This document shows, piece after piece, positions 35,215-49,255 of a stretch of 64,000 nt of DNA (its first letter is position 1; the number at the start of each line of letters is the position of its first letter). This stretch comes from Azolla caroliniana (taxonomy: Eukaryota; Plantae; Polypodiophyta): positions 3,596,001-3,660,000 of the forward strand of contig JBHGNT010000014.1 of assembly GCA_043228905.1 (NCBI GenBank), given 5' to 3'. A program made the position numbers and the translations under genes. Below the pieces are notes generated by a model. It did no database searches and was not told where the DNA came from. It worked only from the letters and a program-made list of their open reading frames with translations.

Positions 35215-35670
35215 TCTTCACGGAACAAGGAAATTATACACATCGATACATGTTAGAACTTAGAACGCATCCCATTGTCTTCCATTTGGACCATTGCTTC
35301 CATGCGACTTACCTCACACACACTGCGATATGAGACAGGACATTGGGACACAAGTGAGGAGAGTGATCGACTATGCACACTTTGCACTAAACAAGTTCAA
35401 GACTCAAGTATCACACTTTGATACAATGCTCTACCGTTGATCATATTCGACCATGCTTTCAACCCATCTTCGACCAAACCCAATCTTTGCACGAATTCCT
35501 CTCACAACCACAATGTGCACTCTCAATTGCAATATTCATTAGTAAAGTTCTTGAACATCGAGAGTTGCTTCTCACTTTCACCTGTATTATGTGAAATGTA
35601 ATATTTTTGGTCTCATAGGTCATATTTGACCTCCAAAGATAATAATAGAATCTATCTATCTATCCATCTC
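35215..35670 (+). mobile_element. RTE-like LINE 3' end with (TCTA)n tail
   Basis: Reverse-complement match to about 21430-21880. Confidence 0.8.
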
Positions 35671-35890
35671 CCTCCTTGAGCTTTGACTCGCTTCCCTAAT
35701 CTTGGATATACGCTGTTAACATTCATCTTAAGTACTTAAGCTCCATCCTATTGGAAGAGCCTCATTGGCCTAAACCACTTGTATGATAATAGAGTTGTAG
35801 ACTTTTTCATTTCCTTGTGTGTGGTTGGTTGATTAAGTGCTTAACTAATACCTAAATAGGTTAAATCTTTAATCTACTTCTTTTGATTAA

Positions 35891-37400
35891 ATGCTACTTG
35901 AGGGTGTTCCCCCTAATGCTATTACATCCACATATGGTCTTAAGATATGTAGTAGAATAAGAAATGGAGAGAGAAGAAAACAATTACATATCCAGCTTAA
36001 AAAGAAGGGATTGTTGGAGATAGATCGGGTTATTATTTCATTCATAGATTCTCAAGAAGTCTTCAACGTGATTCCACAAAAGAATGTAGGCTTGTGGAAC
36101 AATCTCATTGCATTTTACATGAAATATGAGCATTATGAAAGGGCATTGGAAATTTTTAAACAAATGTAGCTAGAAGGTATTACTCCTGACACCATCACAT
36201 ATGCATGTAGCTTGATGGCTTGTAGCAACATTGGCGTCATTCAGAAGGGCAAAGAAATGTACATTGTGTGATCGAAAAGGCATCATTTGTAGACAAACAC
36301 CCAGTTATTGGCAACATATTGGTTGATATGTATGCAAAAAACGGTTTCTTAACACAAGCACAAGAATTGTTTGACAAGCATCCAATCCAAAATGTAGGTT
36401 TGTGGGAATCCAATGTATATATTTGGATATGTTGAACATGAAAATGATTAGGAAGATTGATTTGCTTGGAGCATATGCAAATTCATGGTATTTCTCCAGA
36501 TGCTATAACTTATTGTGGGCAAATTTCTCTCTGAGATAGTGATTTTGGCCTTCAAAGGGAAAGCTCACCCATGGATTTAGGTTAGCTTCTTGGTCTCTCT
36601 GAGACAAGATTATATGCATTTTGCAAGCTTATAGGAAAGTGAATAAGATATAAAGGTACTAACTGATGATAGAAGTGAGGAACGGAAATTTAGTCTTTTG
36701 ACAACATGCCAATCAAAGATGTGATCCTATGGGCTACACTAATCACTGGTTATGCAAAACATGAGCATGGTGAGGAAGCATTAAACCTCATAAAGGAGAT
36801 GCAAACACATTATATATTGCCAAATACATTTGTACTTGTTTTCATTTGAAAGTTTGTGGTGATACCAGAGGCATCAATCAAGGTAGTGTAATATATGACG
36901 ATATTGTGAAGAAAGGGTTACAGACTAAGACCTTCATTGCCAATAACTTAGTGATATGTATGCCAAATGTGGTTTTCTCTCAACAACATAGGAAATTTTC
37001 AATGATCTTCTTGTGAAAGATGCAATTTCATGGAATATATTGATTGCAGGATATGTGGAACATGGATATCTCTCCCTCTTTGAGCAAATTCAAAGATTGG
37101 GCATCCTGCCAAATATTGTCACACTTGTTTGCTGCCTGAAAGCATGTCATAGCATTAGAGCTACATTAGCAGGCGATGAAATTCACAAGGAAATTGTACA
37201 AAAAGCTATTGAAAGAGATTATTTCATTGGAAATACATTAGTAGATATATATATGCTAAATGTGGGTCACTTGTCGAGGCACATGTAGTATTTAACCAGC
37301 TTTCAGTCCAGGACTACATCTCGTGGAATGCACTAATTGCAAGATATGCTAAGAATGAGAAATTTGAGGCAGTACTCAATCAAATCTATCAAACGAATGA
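35891..37400 (+). pseudogene. Degenerate PLS-class PPR gene
   Basis: Repeated PPR motifs (GLWNNLIAFY, AISWNILIAGYVEHG, GNTLVD.Y.KCG, TLVCCLKAC) broken by stops and frameshifts. Confidence 0.85.
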
Positions 37401-37739
37401 TTCATGACTAGCCATTGTCTTACACAAGGCGGGCTTGGAAAGGATAGTCATTTCCTTTCCATCTATTTTGTATTTTATAGCTGATATGCTTTTTAAAACT
37501 AATGGAAGGATTTTTTTTTTTGAAAAAAAAGTATTTATCCTACTTCTTTATTTCTATTTATGTTGTGAGTAAAGAGTGAGAGAAGGATTTTAGAGTTTTT
37601 TAAATTGAACTAGCTAATTTTCTTGTGTGCTTAAGAGGAATAGACACACTTTCTCTCATCTAACTCGCATCAAGAGGGTGTTACCCTACCCAATATGGTC
37701 TTGGTTAAGTGTAGGTATAATTAAGGTATTAGTTAACAT

Positions 37740-38000
37740 TCTCGCACTTAATTCCAAATGTGTTCAATTATTTGAGTACCCACGATCAATGATGAACAAA
37801 CATTTGATACCAATAATATACAATTTTCATGACTAATACATACAAATTTATACATGAAAATGTGTGCTACCTCCATATTGGTAAGTATACTTTCGATGCC
37901 AATAAACTTACTCATTTTGGTGAGCTTATCCACCATAACCCAAATAGAGAGTCCAACTCGACATGGGATTTATTCTTCTCACATCCATCCTATATTTACT
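37740..38000 (-). mobile_element. Gypsy integrase remnant
   Basis: VMVDKLTKMSKF motif. Confidence 0.5.
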
Positions 38001-39389
38001 CACACATGGGGGCTATACATTGACCCTTAAACATTCATGTAAATATGTGATTGTCATGTTGTGACTATCTTAGTCCTCACAATGTACTTTGCATAAAGAG
38101 GTGTTGAAAATATTAAGGGATTTTATTAGCAATCTATTTATTAATAGTAGGTATGATGATGCTAATTGAGGAGATGGCCAAAGGTCAAAAGCAATCAGCG
38201 CATGCAACTTGCTTTATAATGGATGAACATCTAACAAATGTAGTAAGGCAACATATGGCGAAGGCTCAACTAGTTAAGTAATGTCAACCAAACCAAGGTT
38301 ATGAAACAAGAAAATACAAATGAAGGCTCAACTTGTTCGTAGGAAATTCCGAAGTAGCATCTTTTACTTTATAAATGTGGAATGATGATTAGAATTAAAG
38401 CAAATTTATGCATTATATGAGACTACTCAATTATTGGGTTCATTGGTCAATTTTGTTTTGAAAGATAGTAAACTAGAATTGTGTCAAGAAGTCCAACAAA
38501 GTTTAATTCCTTCCATTCCCATCCTTGATAATAACACCTTCTACTAAATAGGGCACTAATGGGATGAGCATTGGATTATTATTATTAATGGCGGAACACG
38601 CCTATGGTGACACAGGGAGGAAGTGGCCCGAGGTGGAACTACCAGCCCCCACTCTGGCTGTTTCCGGCTCACTTACCACCCTCCCTCGATTGTCGACCCC
38701 GAGAGTTGTCTCGTACTAGCCATCACTGCAAGGCACTGTTTTAGATGTAGGTACTTACACTAAGTAGTCACTCCGAAAGGCAATGTAACTAGTCTCAATT
38801 TCTTGAACTTGATCAGAGGGGGATTCCCCGATCTCTGTTGAAGCCTCCTTGTACAGTCTCTTTGTAATAATCCTACCTAACTAATGGGAAAGTAGCTTCA
38901 TTTTGGAATATATATATATATATATATATATCTAATCAATATATCTAAGAGGAGTTATATGTGCAACATATGTAAAGAGTATGATGCTTTAAAGAGGCAA
39001 TCTTTCTTTTAAGGAGTAGTTTTAAATTATTTTGTGCATTTTTGTTTCACTATTCTCCCCAAAAAAACACGAGTTTTTAAACATAGCATCAATACTCATA
39101 AGTTATAAGCCAATAGTTTAATGTGTTGATCGATATAAGACACAAATCCATCCAACATATATATAATTAGAAAGCAAGAGTTAGGACATCAAAGTAAAAA
39201 TTGTCAAATGATGTTGAATCAAAATTACTAGCTAAATCTTTTAGTCGCAATTTTTCCTTTTACCCCATCTTATATAGCAATAAGAAACTGCTCTTATCCA
39301 AATACATTAAGTCTTGTCATATCAAATAATTCACCTTTAGTTGCACATTTTTTCATTATCATAACTCATCATTGATTAGTTAGTGCCAA

Positions 39390-39972
39390 ATCTCAAGTTG
39401 TGTTGGACTTGGTTAGCCCAATAACTCTTTGGATTCTATGGAAACAACGATGTAGACGGGTCTTCTCCAACCAAAGTGCGCAACCAATAATGTTAATGCA
39501 AGAGATATGGAGTGAAGTTGTAGCCACTCTAAAGAGTCAATATGATGTCCTCAAGGGCGGCTCTGATAGGGTTGAAAGACAACGACTAGCCTTTATCCAA
39601 CAATGGTCGTCCTCTCCCTTTCTTGAGGCAGTGGGTAGGGATCGGCAACGGCGCAGCTCAAGCCTAAACTGTTTGACTTAAAGCGGCTTAGCGGCCGCTC
39701 GGTTTAGGCTTGAACTTGCCTTAACTGTTTCGGCTCGGCTCGGATTGGCTTGAGCCTCACCAAACCGGCTTAGCCGTTCAAAAACTTTAGAGCAAGAGGG
39801 AGGGAGACAACAAACAGGGGGAAAGAGAGTGAGTGAGTGAGTGAGTGAGTGAGAGAGTGTGTGAGAGTGTGAGGGAGAGTGAGGGAGGGAGACTAAACAG
39901 GCGAGGGGAGAGAGAGTGAGGGAGAACTACACAAACGAGGAGAGAGAGAGGGAGAGGGAGAACTACACAGAT

Positions 39973-40005
<33 letters not shown>

Positions 40006-40381
40006 ACACAAAGGGGGGGGGGAGAGAGGGAGGGAGGGAGCTTGTACAATGTATACTATATAGTGGATCATCTATGTGTGTGTGTGAGAGAGAGAGAGGG
40101 AGGTTTCCAAACCAGTTTGGAAACTAGTTTCTAAGCCGTTTACCAAACCGGTTTGTGAACCGGTTCAATTTAGGTTTGAGATCCCCAAAATAGTTTAGGC
40201 TTAGCCAGTTTGGCTTGGTTCGAGCCAAACCGGCTAAGCCTAAACCGAACCGTTGTTGATCCCTAGCAGTGGGCATCTGCATAAGATGGACCTATGGTGT
40301 CCCTATAGGGATTTGTATATAATAATCTCATCTGTAAAATCTTTATCACTAATGGAAGGAGTTTGTTTTTGGAAAAAAAAA
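39390..40381 (+). mobile_element. L1 LINE 3' end with poly(A), interrupted by a MITE
   Basis: LWILWKQRCRRVF motif and an A run at 40373-40381. Confidence 0.7.
39636..40265. mobile_element. hAT-type MITE
   Basis: TIR TAGGGATC(GG/AA)CAACGG. 8-bp TSD GCAGTGGG at 39628-39635 and 40266-40273. AAACCG/CGGTT subterminal repeats and a GA-rich core. Confidence 0.9.
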
Positions 40382-41533
40382 GAGTCCTATTACCTTATAA
40401 CTCCAATGTTGTATTGTCAAATACTTTGCAAAACTCAAGGAAAAATATGTTACGAAATTATGATGCGCAAATATTTTCCATAATACAATGATAAGCAAAC
40501 AAGATAATGTGAGGAAATTTTCATGTGCAAGGGAGAAAATATCAAATTCACAAATATTTTCAATCAAAATACCAATAAAGTTCTCGATCGTAATTGTCCT
40601 TTGCAAGACAGAAACAACAATAGTAAATGCATATATTAATCTAGACTATAAATAAAGTATGTGAAAAAGTTCCAAAGGTAATCCCCATAAATTCAAATGT
40701 GTCAATGATAATACACAAGCATTTTCTACATTGAGATAATCTTTTGAGCCCTACCATTATTTATATCATTGTACCAAGCTTAGAGGAGATTTGTAAGCTT
40801 GTGAACTATTCTTTTGATTTATTCAAGCTCTTATTTTGTTAATGATAATACTTGATCCTCTTGGCACCTATTTCAAGTTGCTATTACATTTTCTCTTTCT
40901 CCCTTCCTCAAATGTCCTTTATATTACATTCGAAGAGTATACCGATTCACGATCACTCATCATATGTGACAACCCCAAAGCTCACTATGTTGTCACCATG
41001 TGCCAACAATTAAACTTTGCAACACAACTTAATATCTCCTTATGTCATCAAAGTCATCAAGGGCTTTCCATGTCATCTCGTGAGTTAAGAGCAATAATAG
41101 AAGACTTTACATAAACCAAATTAACTTCAAGTAAAAGTTCTACTTGTCCAGTGCACAATAAGTATTCTAAAATCTGTATTCTGAGCCATGTGATAGCCTT
41201 GTAACTATCTGGAGGAGTTTCTGCATAGCCATTTAAAACCATGAGAAAGAGTTGAAAACCATCTTTTGTAGATATTCCATCTAATCCGCGCAGAAAATGT
41301 GATATCATTGTCAATGTTTTTTTCAGATAGAATTGTCTTTTCTGGTATCAGTAGACATTACTGTAAGATTTGAGTTCATCCTCTCATAAAACTTGAAAGA
41401 TCGGTTTTCCTTTTCTTTTCACCACAATGGTATATGTTTGCCATGAAGAAGGATACATGTGCTCTTGATGGAGATAATTTGCATATAGGGACCAATGCAA
41501 CAAGCATTACAAGAAACTTAACAAGATCCGTAC

Positions 41534-44443
41534 TTAGCCTCCACAATGTGCTGCAAATTCTGGATGCCTTCCCAAAGGTAAAAGAAGATCCCTAAAAACC
41601 TCATATTGTTCCTCACTGAGATCCGAAGCATCTAATGCCTATGTGCACAAAAAACTATCTCAGCTTGACAAAACTTTATGTATAATTTATCAGTGATATA
41701 TGGAAACTCACTACCTTCTGAAACTGTAAATTGCTGTTGAGGATTCGAGTCCTTAGAGCAGGTAAACGATGAACTGATAATGCATCCAAAAGAAGAATCA
41801 GAACAACTCTCCATTGCTTTGAGCTGAATGGAGGAATTGCACTAACAAGAGTCATTGTTCTCAGAAGACGGCCCTGTACAGCAGAAACAAACAGATTTCT
41901 CTCGTCATTTCTCCAAAAGATGCCAATGCAGCACAATGCAAGGTATATTAGACAGCACCTACATAAGTATATGTACAATATACATCATAATCATTATGCA
42001 ATAGCAAATGTCATTAATTGACAACAATTGATGTTGCATTGATTCAGCAAAGTACTTAAGAAAAAAATCCAGGAATGCATTATCATTTCGTATATCAAAC
42101 AAGCTGTATGGATTTTCTTACAATATTGTTTTCTAAGGTATAGAGAATTCATTTCTTTCTTATTTGTTTACGATATGCACAATTAGCAATGTCGATAAGA
42201 CCAGAAAAAGGGAAAACAATGAAAACCAGAAAAAAACAAAGAGTGATGTATGGAAAGATAATAATACCAGAGCTTGTTCTAAGGTAGAGACGGCAAGTGG
42301 AAGGCGAAATGTCTCAGCAAGTGCTGGTAAAGCTCTTGAGATACATCCACCTAAGGTCCTCTCAATTTCGGCCGATACACCATTAGCAATGACCACTTGT
42401 CTGAGATATTCTTTTCCATTTATGAAGGAAAAATTGTCTTCATCACCAGAACCATACAAATGTGCTATTGATGCTGCAGAAATCCACTCATCTAGGGCCA
42501 TCCACATCATACCAAAGGTAGAAACCTGGAAAAGTACAATGAAGTTTGTTCAAGTAGAAACTAAAGTAAACTTGAGCCTTAACCAAATGTGGCAGGAATG
42601 CCAAGATAAAGATCCTGACTCCTACAAACCTCTGGTTTGAAGTCCTTCGGTGGAGCAGAATACCAACAACTCTTTGGATCACCATCTTCAAGCTGGACTG
42701 CATCTGCTCTATCTGATTTTTTCAAATCCCTTAGAACACATTCTACAATCTCTTCTTCACTTGATTTCACTACTATACCAGCCCTTGCAACTGCAAAACA
42801 TTGTTGATTAAGCTAAGTTTAACTTTACACCATATAATCGACATAAATGACACAGCACAAGAGTTTCCAGCACCAAAACCTGCTTCGTCCGAATCTAGTC
42901 CACCAATAGCTACTGCCTCCGCCGCCTGTGTTAACGCATTGATCAATTCCTTTGCCGATTCCAGCTTAGCATTTTCTTGTTGTAAAGCATCTTCTTGATT
43001 TCTGAGGAACTTATTATTATCTCGACATTCAATGACCTCTCCAACAAACGTTGCATTTTCAATGCATGATACTAATGATGGCAAATCTTCTGACACTGTT
43101 TGAGAGCTAACAGATTGCTCTGTAACCATTTTATTGCTTGAATTGCTCAATGAGGATAATTCCTCTACCAACTCTTTGTTGTATTGGTCAGCCCATGATA
43201 CTCGAGTTCTTCTTTTCTGATGTTTCTTCGAGTCTGACGTTAGACTTGCATCAGCATCATCAACCAAGATACATGAAGTAAAATTGTTTTCTAACTCTAA
43301 ACTTTCTTCATGCTTAGTGCTGGTTCCAAGGCTTTGTGTACCTGTTGACAATGGTTTTCTTCCTTCATTGAAGATTATATCTGACGAGAAATTATTTGCT
43401 AAATCACTCTGGTCAGTTGCATGCTTGCTTATACCATTCCGAGACAATTTCTTACCACTAAGTGATGCTATTTCAGTCCCCTTACTAATTACATGTGATC
43501 CTGTCTGTTTCTGTGCAGAAAAATGGCTCACTATTTTACGATCTGAATTGCTGACCTTCTTATCTTCTTTATTCTTTCCATGAGATGTTTTTCCATATTT
43601 CTTATCTGCTTCATTCTTTTCACGTGAGGTTTTTCCATACTCTTTCTGTGGTATGTAACCTTCAATGGCATCGGAAGGTCCGACCATGCTGAAATTTTGA
43701 AATGTGACTTCGTTTTGTTCATGTATAAGAAGAGAAGTACTTGCATCATCTTGCTTTGGCTGAATCTGCTTCTCTGAGGTGGTAGTAGTATCAGTTTCAT
43801 GCACCAAAAGTTCTGTCTTTCGTTTCTCAATTTCATCTTTTCCATCTTCTCCAATCTGTTTTACCAAATTAACAGTAGTTTCAACCACAAACGTTTCCAC
43901 CTGTTGCTTCCCGGGTGCATTCTTTTGATCACTGCCAATCTGATTCGATGGAATGGCAATGCTTTCATGCACAGAAGATCTCTCTGATGCCGTACTTCCA
44001 CCTTCTTCCCCAAACTGACCACACTCTTGCCACACCGAATCTTTGGTAGAAAACAAATGGAAAGCAGAAACGAGCTCGATAATCTTCTCGTCATGTTCTC
44101 TCTCATCGGCAAGGGAAGAGGCAAAGATCTGGCTGGCCACAACGCAGTCGCTACAACAGAAAAGACGAGTTTCTCGCAGATCATAGACCTTATGTTCACG
44201 AAGAGAGATCCTGTAGCGTCCTTTACGATGAAGAGGAGCAGGGGGGGTGATCTGATCGGGGAGGAGAGGGTTATTGCAGAGGGGAAATCCACAGAGGTTT
44301 GCGAGGGATCGTTCTGTGACAACATCGGAGTACTCAAAGTGGGTGAGGATTTTGGCTGCAGAGGTGAGCTGCTCGTGGCTGGAGATGCCATCGAAGAGGC
44401 CTAATTGGACGCTGTAAACAGACGACCTGATAGACGCCGCCAT
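41534..44443 (-). CDS. RPAP2: RNA polymerase II CTD phosphatase RPAP2/Rtr1 homolog, exons 42880-44443, 42630-42790, 42268-42525, 41715-41873, 41534-41638
   Basis: YSDVVTERSLANLCGFPLC...YRISLREHKVYD...FCC..C zinc motif, RVSWAD motif, C-terminal DLLLPLGR..F...CGG. GT-AG junctions are in frame. Confidence 0.9.
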
Positions 44444-44460
44444 CGCCAGACTGCTCTCTG

Positions 44461-44497
<37 letters not shown>

Positions 44498-44508
44498 CTC
44501 TCTCTGCT

Positions 44509-44564
<56 letters not shown>

Positions 44565-44739
44565 ATTTGTTTGCTCGCTTTACATACATATTTATCTGCT
44601 TATTAATTGATTTATTTGTTTTCTTTATCTACTTATGATTCATGTATGTATGTATAATGTACCTATCAATCTATTTATGTTTTTATTTTTGTTGTAAATG
44701 TTTTATGTATTTATTTACCAATTTAGCTCTAACATGCTC

Positions 44740-45830
44740 TAAGATCCAATAATTCCACATGAAAATACCTTTGAGCTTCTTTATATAAGTCTTTCACCCC
44801 ATGTCTATTATCAAACATGAAAACATGAAAGCATTACGCATATTCCAACTGTGTTGTAGTCCCCAATATCGTAAAATTTTGAACAATATCTCCATCTCAT
44901 CATTTGAACTATTTTGAACATATTGAGAAAAAACACATTGTTGAGGTTTCAAACAACAATAGGTTAAAACTTATCAAATGCCTGATAAGTAGTAAGGGTG
45001 GTCTGTAGAACTCATGCTCAAAGTAGATTCTAGTCTCTTAAATACTTGAGTCCAAAAGTCACTAGCAAACTTAGTATCTCTATCACTCACTATATTAATC
45101 GGTAACCCGTGGAATCAAAATAACTCATTGACGAATTGGTAAGCCAAATCCCAAGTTGTCACTGTGGATTTCATTGCAATGAATCTGGTCATTTTTGTTA
45201 ATCTATCAGTTACAACTACCCAAATGGCATCATGACCTTTTCTGGTGCATGGTAAACTAACAAGGAAATACTTTCCCACTTGTTATTAGGAATATCCAAA
45301 GTATGTAAAAGACTTGTAGCCTTAAAGTCATTGAGTATTGTTAACATGACATTAGTGACATTTAATCACATAATATTCAACATTATGACGCATTTTTAGC
45401 CAAAAAATTGAGTAGAGATAATAACAAGTGCACGATGTATCCTAGGATGCCATGTTGAAAGTGTGTCATGACATTCATAAAGAATTTTCTTTTTTACCTT
45501 GGACAAATTAGGGACACAAACCTTTCGATTATAGTAGGCCAAACTGGCAGAAATGTAAAAGGGTCCTTTCAAGGATGAAATGTTTATAACATCTTTTCCA
45601 AATTGAGCTCTAGCCCTTAATTTTCCAAAATAATTGTCATCAAGGTACTTTCCTCAAAGTTGTTCATACAAATAAGATTTATCTGTGAAGCTAAGCATGT
45701 TAACTTCATGAATACGACTCAATGCATCAGTGACTATGTTCACGGATCCTTTACAATATTGTATAGGAAAATTGAAGTCTTGAATGAGTTTTACCCATTG
45801 TGCTTTACAAGTCATGGACACGACACTAAT
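44740..45830 (-). mobile_element. Degenerate Gypsy RNase H / integrase remnant
   Basis: Y.KG..NIVTDALSR, AIWVV.D.LTKM..F, and IVSDRDTKF remnants. Confidence 0.7.
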
Positions 45831-45942
45831 CATGTCAAGATTCGAACTCTTCGCCTCTTGCATTATAATCAAGTGTTATGTTTTAACCAACACATCCAAT
45901 ACATTATTGTGTTACGTAAATCTTAGTAGATTATCTATCATA

Positions 45943-47140
45943 TGTCTCACCGGAAACGGGAACATTCTAGAAGCTTCTACATGAAATTTGGTCTCTACAT
46001 GGAACTACATGCAGAGCCCACAAACATGTATAAATACAAGGCCTCACCTTGACGCTAGTCAAGATTAACAATGCCATTTATGGAATCCTATCTTCTGCTT
46101 TGTCCATCTCTTGCTTCTCACTCTATCTCTTAATATCTTACCTTTTGCCTATCTTTGTTTTGCTCAGCTCTATCTGTCTATGACAGTTTGTTCACCTTGC
46201 ATCTCCAAAGCCTCATCGTGTTAGATTCCGGTCAGACATGTGATAGATAATCTACTAAGATTTACGTAACATGATAATGTATTGGATGTGTTGGTTAAAA
46301 CATAACACTTGATTATAATGCAAGAGGCGAAGAGTTCGAATATTTGTGTGAGAGAATAAATCACCTATTGGAAGCCATGCAACAACTTCAACTTGAAAAT
46401 GAGAATATTTGGGAATCCTTACAATAACTCCAAGTTGGTACTCCGATGGAACTGGAGGACGAAAAAACCAAGTCCCTTCCTACATCAAGGAATCTCCTAT
46501 CTGTAGAGCATGGTCCCTCAGCAATCCTCACTCCAATTCCTCTTCACCCTACTTCAACTATAGAACCCAATGTCAGTTTACTTGACAAGTTTGATGGCAG
46601 TTTACTTGACAAGTTTGATGGCACAAGGGCGCAATTCTGAGGGTTCATAAGTTAGATCAAACTTATTATCCGACTATAGACCCAAATATATGTGCATGAT
46701 TTTCGCCAAGTTGGCCTCGTTGGGACCCTTCTCTCAGGAGCTACACAAAGTTGGTTTGCACCTTTGGTCGAAACATCATCACCACTTCTAGAAACTTTTC
46801 CTGCTTTCTTGGAAGAGTTTGAGGCGATGTTTTGGGATACGGATAATCATCGAACAACCCTTACCAAACTCTATTTGTTACATCAAGGTAGGTGCCTAGT
46901 GTTCGTTTATGCCTCTAAATTTAGACAATTAGCATGTGGCCTTTTGTGACCATTTTTGTCGAGGCCTTTGAAGTGATGTTAAGAATCTACTATTAAACTT
47001 CCCGGAGCCTATTTCATTATTGCAAGCCATCACTCAAGTAGTCATTTGTGACAATTGCCTTTTTGAACTTCGTCAAGAGGAGCAAGCGACTTCCAAGTTG
47101 CCGCCCTTTCTCCACATTAAACCTATGGTACAACCTTAAT
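45943..47140 (+). mobile_element. Degenerate Tcn1-like chromovirus: LTR (about 45943-46185), PBS and gag remnant; integrase remnant probably resumes at about 48480-48920
   Basis: LTR end TGACA followed by GTTTG, as in the intact element. Gag remnants DKFDGTRAQF and VGLVGTLLSGATQSWFAPL are homologous to 9388-10578. Confidence 0.75.
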
Positions 47141-47206
47141 TATACTTAGGTTGTCTTGGCTGAAAGCCAATAACCCAATTGTAGATTGGTGCAACTAGTT
47201 GCTTAC

Positions 47207-47263
47207 TGTAAAGAATCAAGAGTGATTTTGTGCAGCGAAAGAGATGTGTGTGTGTGTGTGTGC

Positions 47264-47312
<49 letters not shown>

Positions 47313-48470
47313 CGATGTATACAGAAAACATGAAAACTGTATTAACGAGAAGCAAGAATGAAAAACAACTAACTGTTACAAAGAGGAGGAGAGGGTGTTT
47401 ATGTAGTCACCTCCTCTTTATGTTCTCTCACCACAACCACTATGTGGAAAAGAGGTGGAGACTTAACTACCTTTTAAATATGTGTCATAAGACTTTAAGT
47501 TCTATGACACACTAGTTATTATACTAGGAGGTGGGGTGTTCACACACTTGAGTATATGAAGGTGTGTTCCCACACTAGAAAACTTGAGTTTGATTCTCAA
47601 CATACCCCTTCAAACGTAACTTCTGGTCGCTAGATGGTTGGTTCGGACTAGTCTTTCGGTCAGCTTTGAGTCAACTCCGGCTTCAGCTTCAGATGGCCGA
47701 CTCACTCATGTGTTCGTTCTACTTTGTTCGACATCATGTCGGACGACTCCTTATCTATACTCCCCCTCAAGCTCGGCTAGTCGGTAATAGAAAGACCCAG
47801 TTTCATCATGAATTGTCGCAACTTGTCGGCTCCCAAGGCCTTGGTGAAGATGTTGGCCATATGCTGGTTCGTGCTAATGTGTTGCAGTTCACCATCTCTG
47901 GCCAGGACATGCTCTCAAACGAAATGATAGTGCACCTCAATATGCTTAAGTCCAAGCGTGAAAGAGAGGGTTCCGAGCTAGATGAATGCTGCTAATGTTG
48001 TCACAATAGAGGAGAATTGGATCCTTGATGGGAACACCCAAATCCTTCAATATTCTTTTGAGTCAAATGGCTTCACATGCGGTAATATATTCGGCCTCAC
48101 ACGCCCTTATATTCGGCTTCTGTGCTCGACAGTGAGACTGTCGGTTGCTTTTTGCTGCTCCAGGATATGGCTCCATTGCCGAGGGAGAAGATGAATCCCG
48201 ATGTTGATCGTGTGTCAGCTTTGTAGTCGGCCCAGTCGGCATCAGTGTACCCTTCGAGTCGAATTATTGTGGCCGATTTGCAGAGGACGTTGTGATCCAT
48301 GGTTCCACACACATAACGTAACACTCGCTTAACACAGTTCAGGTGAATGTTTTGTGGTGTTTGCATAAACTAGCTAAGGAGGCCAACCGAGTAACTGAGG
48401 TCGGGTCGAGTAATGGTGAGGTAGATTAGGCTTCTGACTAGTTGACGATAGAAAGTTGGTTCACACTGTC
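47207..48470 (-). mobile_element. Truncated Copia (3' LTR 47207-47602 plus RNase H), related to the 966-12230 family
   Basis: LTR ends match TGTTGAGAATC / TTCTTTACA. Motifs YTDADWA and SWSSKKQ...LSSTEAEY. Confidence 0.85.
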
Positions 48471-48977
48471 GAATACTAGTATATAATGGCCGTATTCACA
48501 TTGTATCTTGGACAAACTAGATTTAGGACAATTCTGTAAATATGTCAAAGGGCATTCCAATCAACGCCCATTAGGCTTTTACATCTATCAAAATATCAAA
48601 ATCCCAACTCCTTCCAATGTCTTGAATCTCCCATCCGATAGCTATGGACCTTCATCAAATTCCATATCCTAACCAAGCACCATCTCTTTTCTAACTAAAT
48701 CATATAGTCTTTATGGCTTACACATTAATCCATGTCCAATGAAGATGTGTCCTACACTTGTAAGAGGCACATGAACCTATCATGGAAAATCAAGCACACA
48801 CAAATGCGTGGTAGACCATTTCTTCCCTGAGCATTCCTCCAATGGAGTTCTATGCATCACGACAAGAACGATTGTGAAGCTCATGGCCGAGTATGTAAAA
48901 ACGTGGCATTAACCACCTCTCCCCCAGAAAAGGATTCTGGTAGAGCCACGCTTCTGTGCACTCCTAGGAATGTAATG

Positions 48978-49121
48978 AGGCAATCTCTCTATTCTTCATC
49001 AGGTTCCTAGTATCAATCAGACTCTATGTGTTCTTTCGTGTTTCATTGGAGGCAATCTCTCTATTCTTCATCGGCTTTCATGTATCAATCGGACTCCATG
49101 TGTTGTTTCGCGATTCATTGG
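48978..49121. repeat. Two-copy direct repeat (about 72 bp) upstream of TPK
   Basis: AGGCAATCTCTCTATTCTTCATC...TTCATTGG occurs twice. Confidence 0.75.
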
Positions 49122-49255
49122 AAAAACTTATAGGAGTGGAGGTTGAAGCTTGGTAATCTAAATTAGCTTTGTTTTCCAAACATAGAGATACATAGAGACA
49201 GAGACACAGAGATGGATAGACAGAGGCAGAGATAGATAGATAGATAGGGACAAAG

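Noticed and set aside
42773-44494. 573-aa ORF start MRERERE as the RPAP2 N-terminus, and its C-terminal tail
   Set aside because: The start runs through a (GA)n tract, and ATG 44443 fits homologs better. The tail reads into intron 1.
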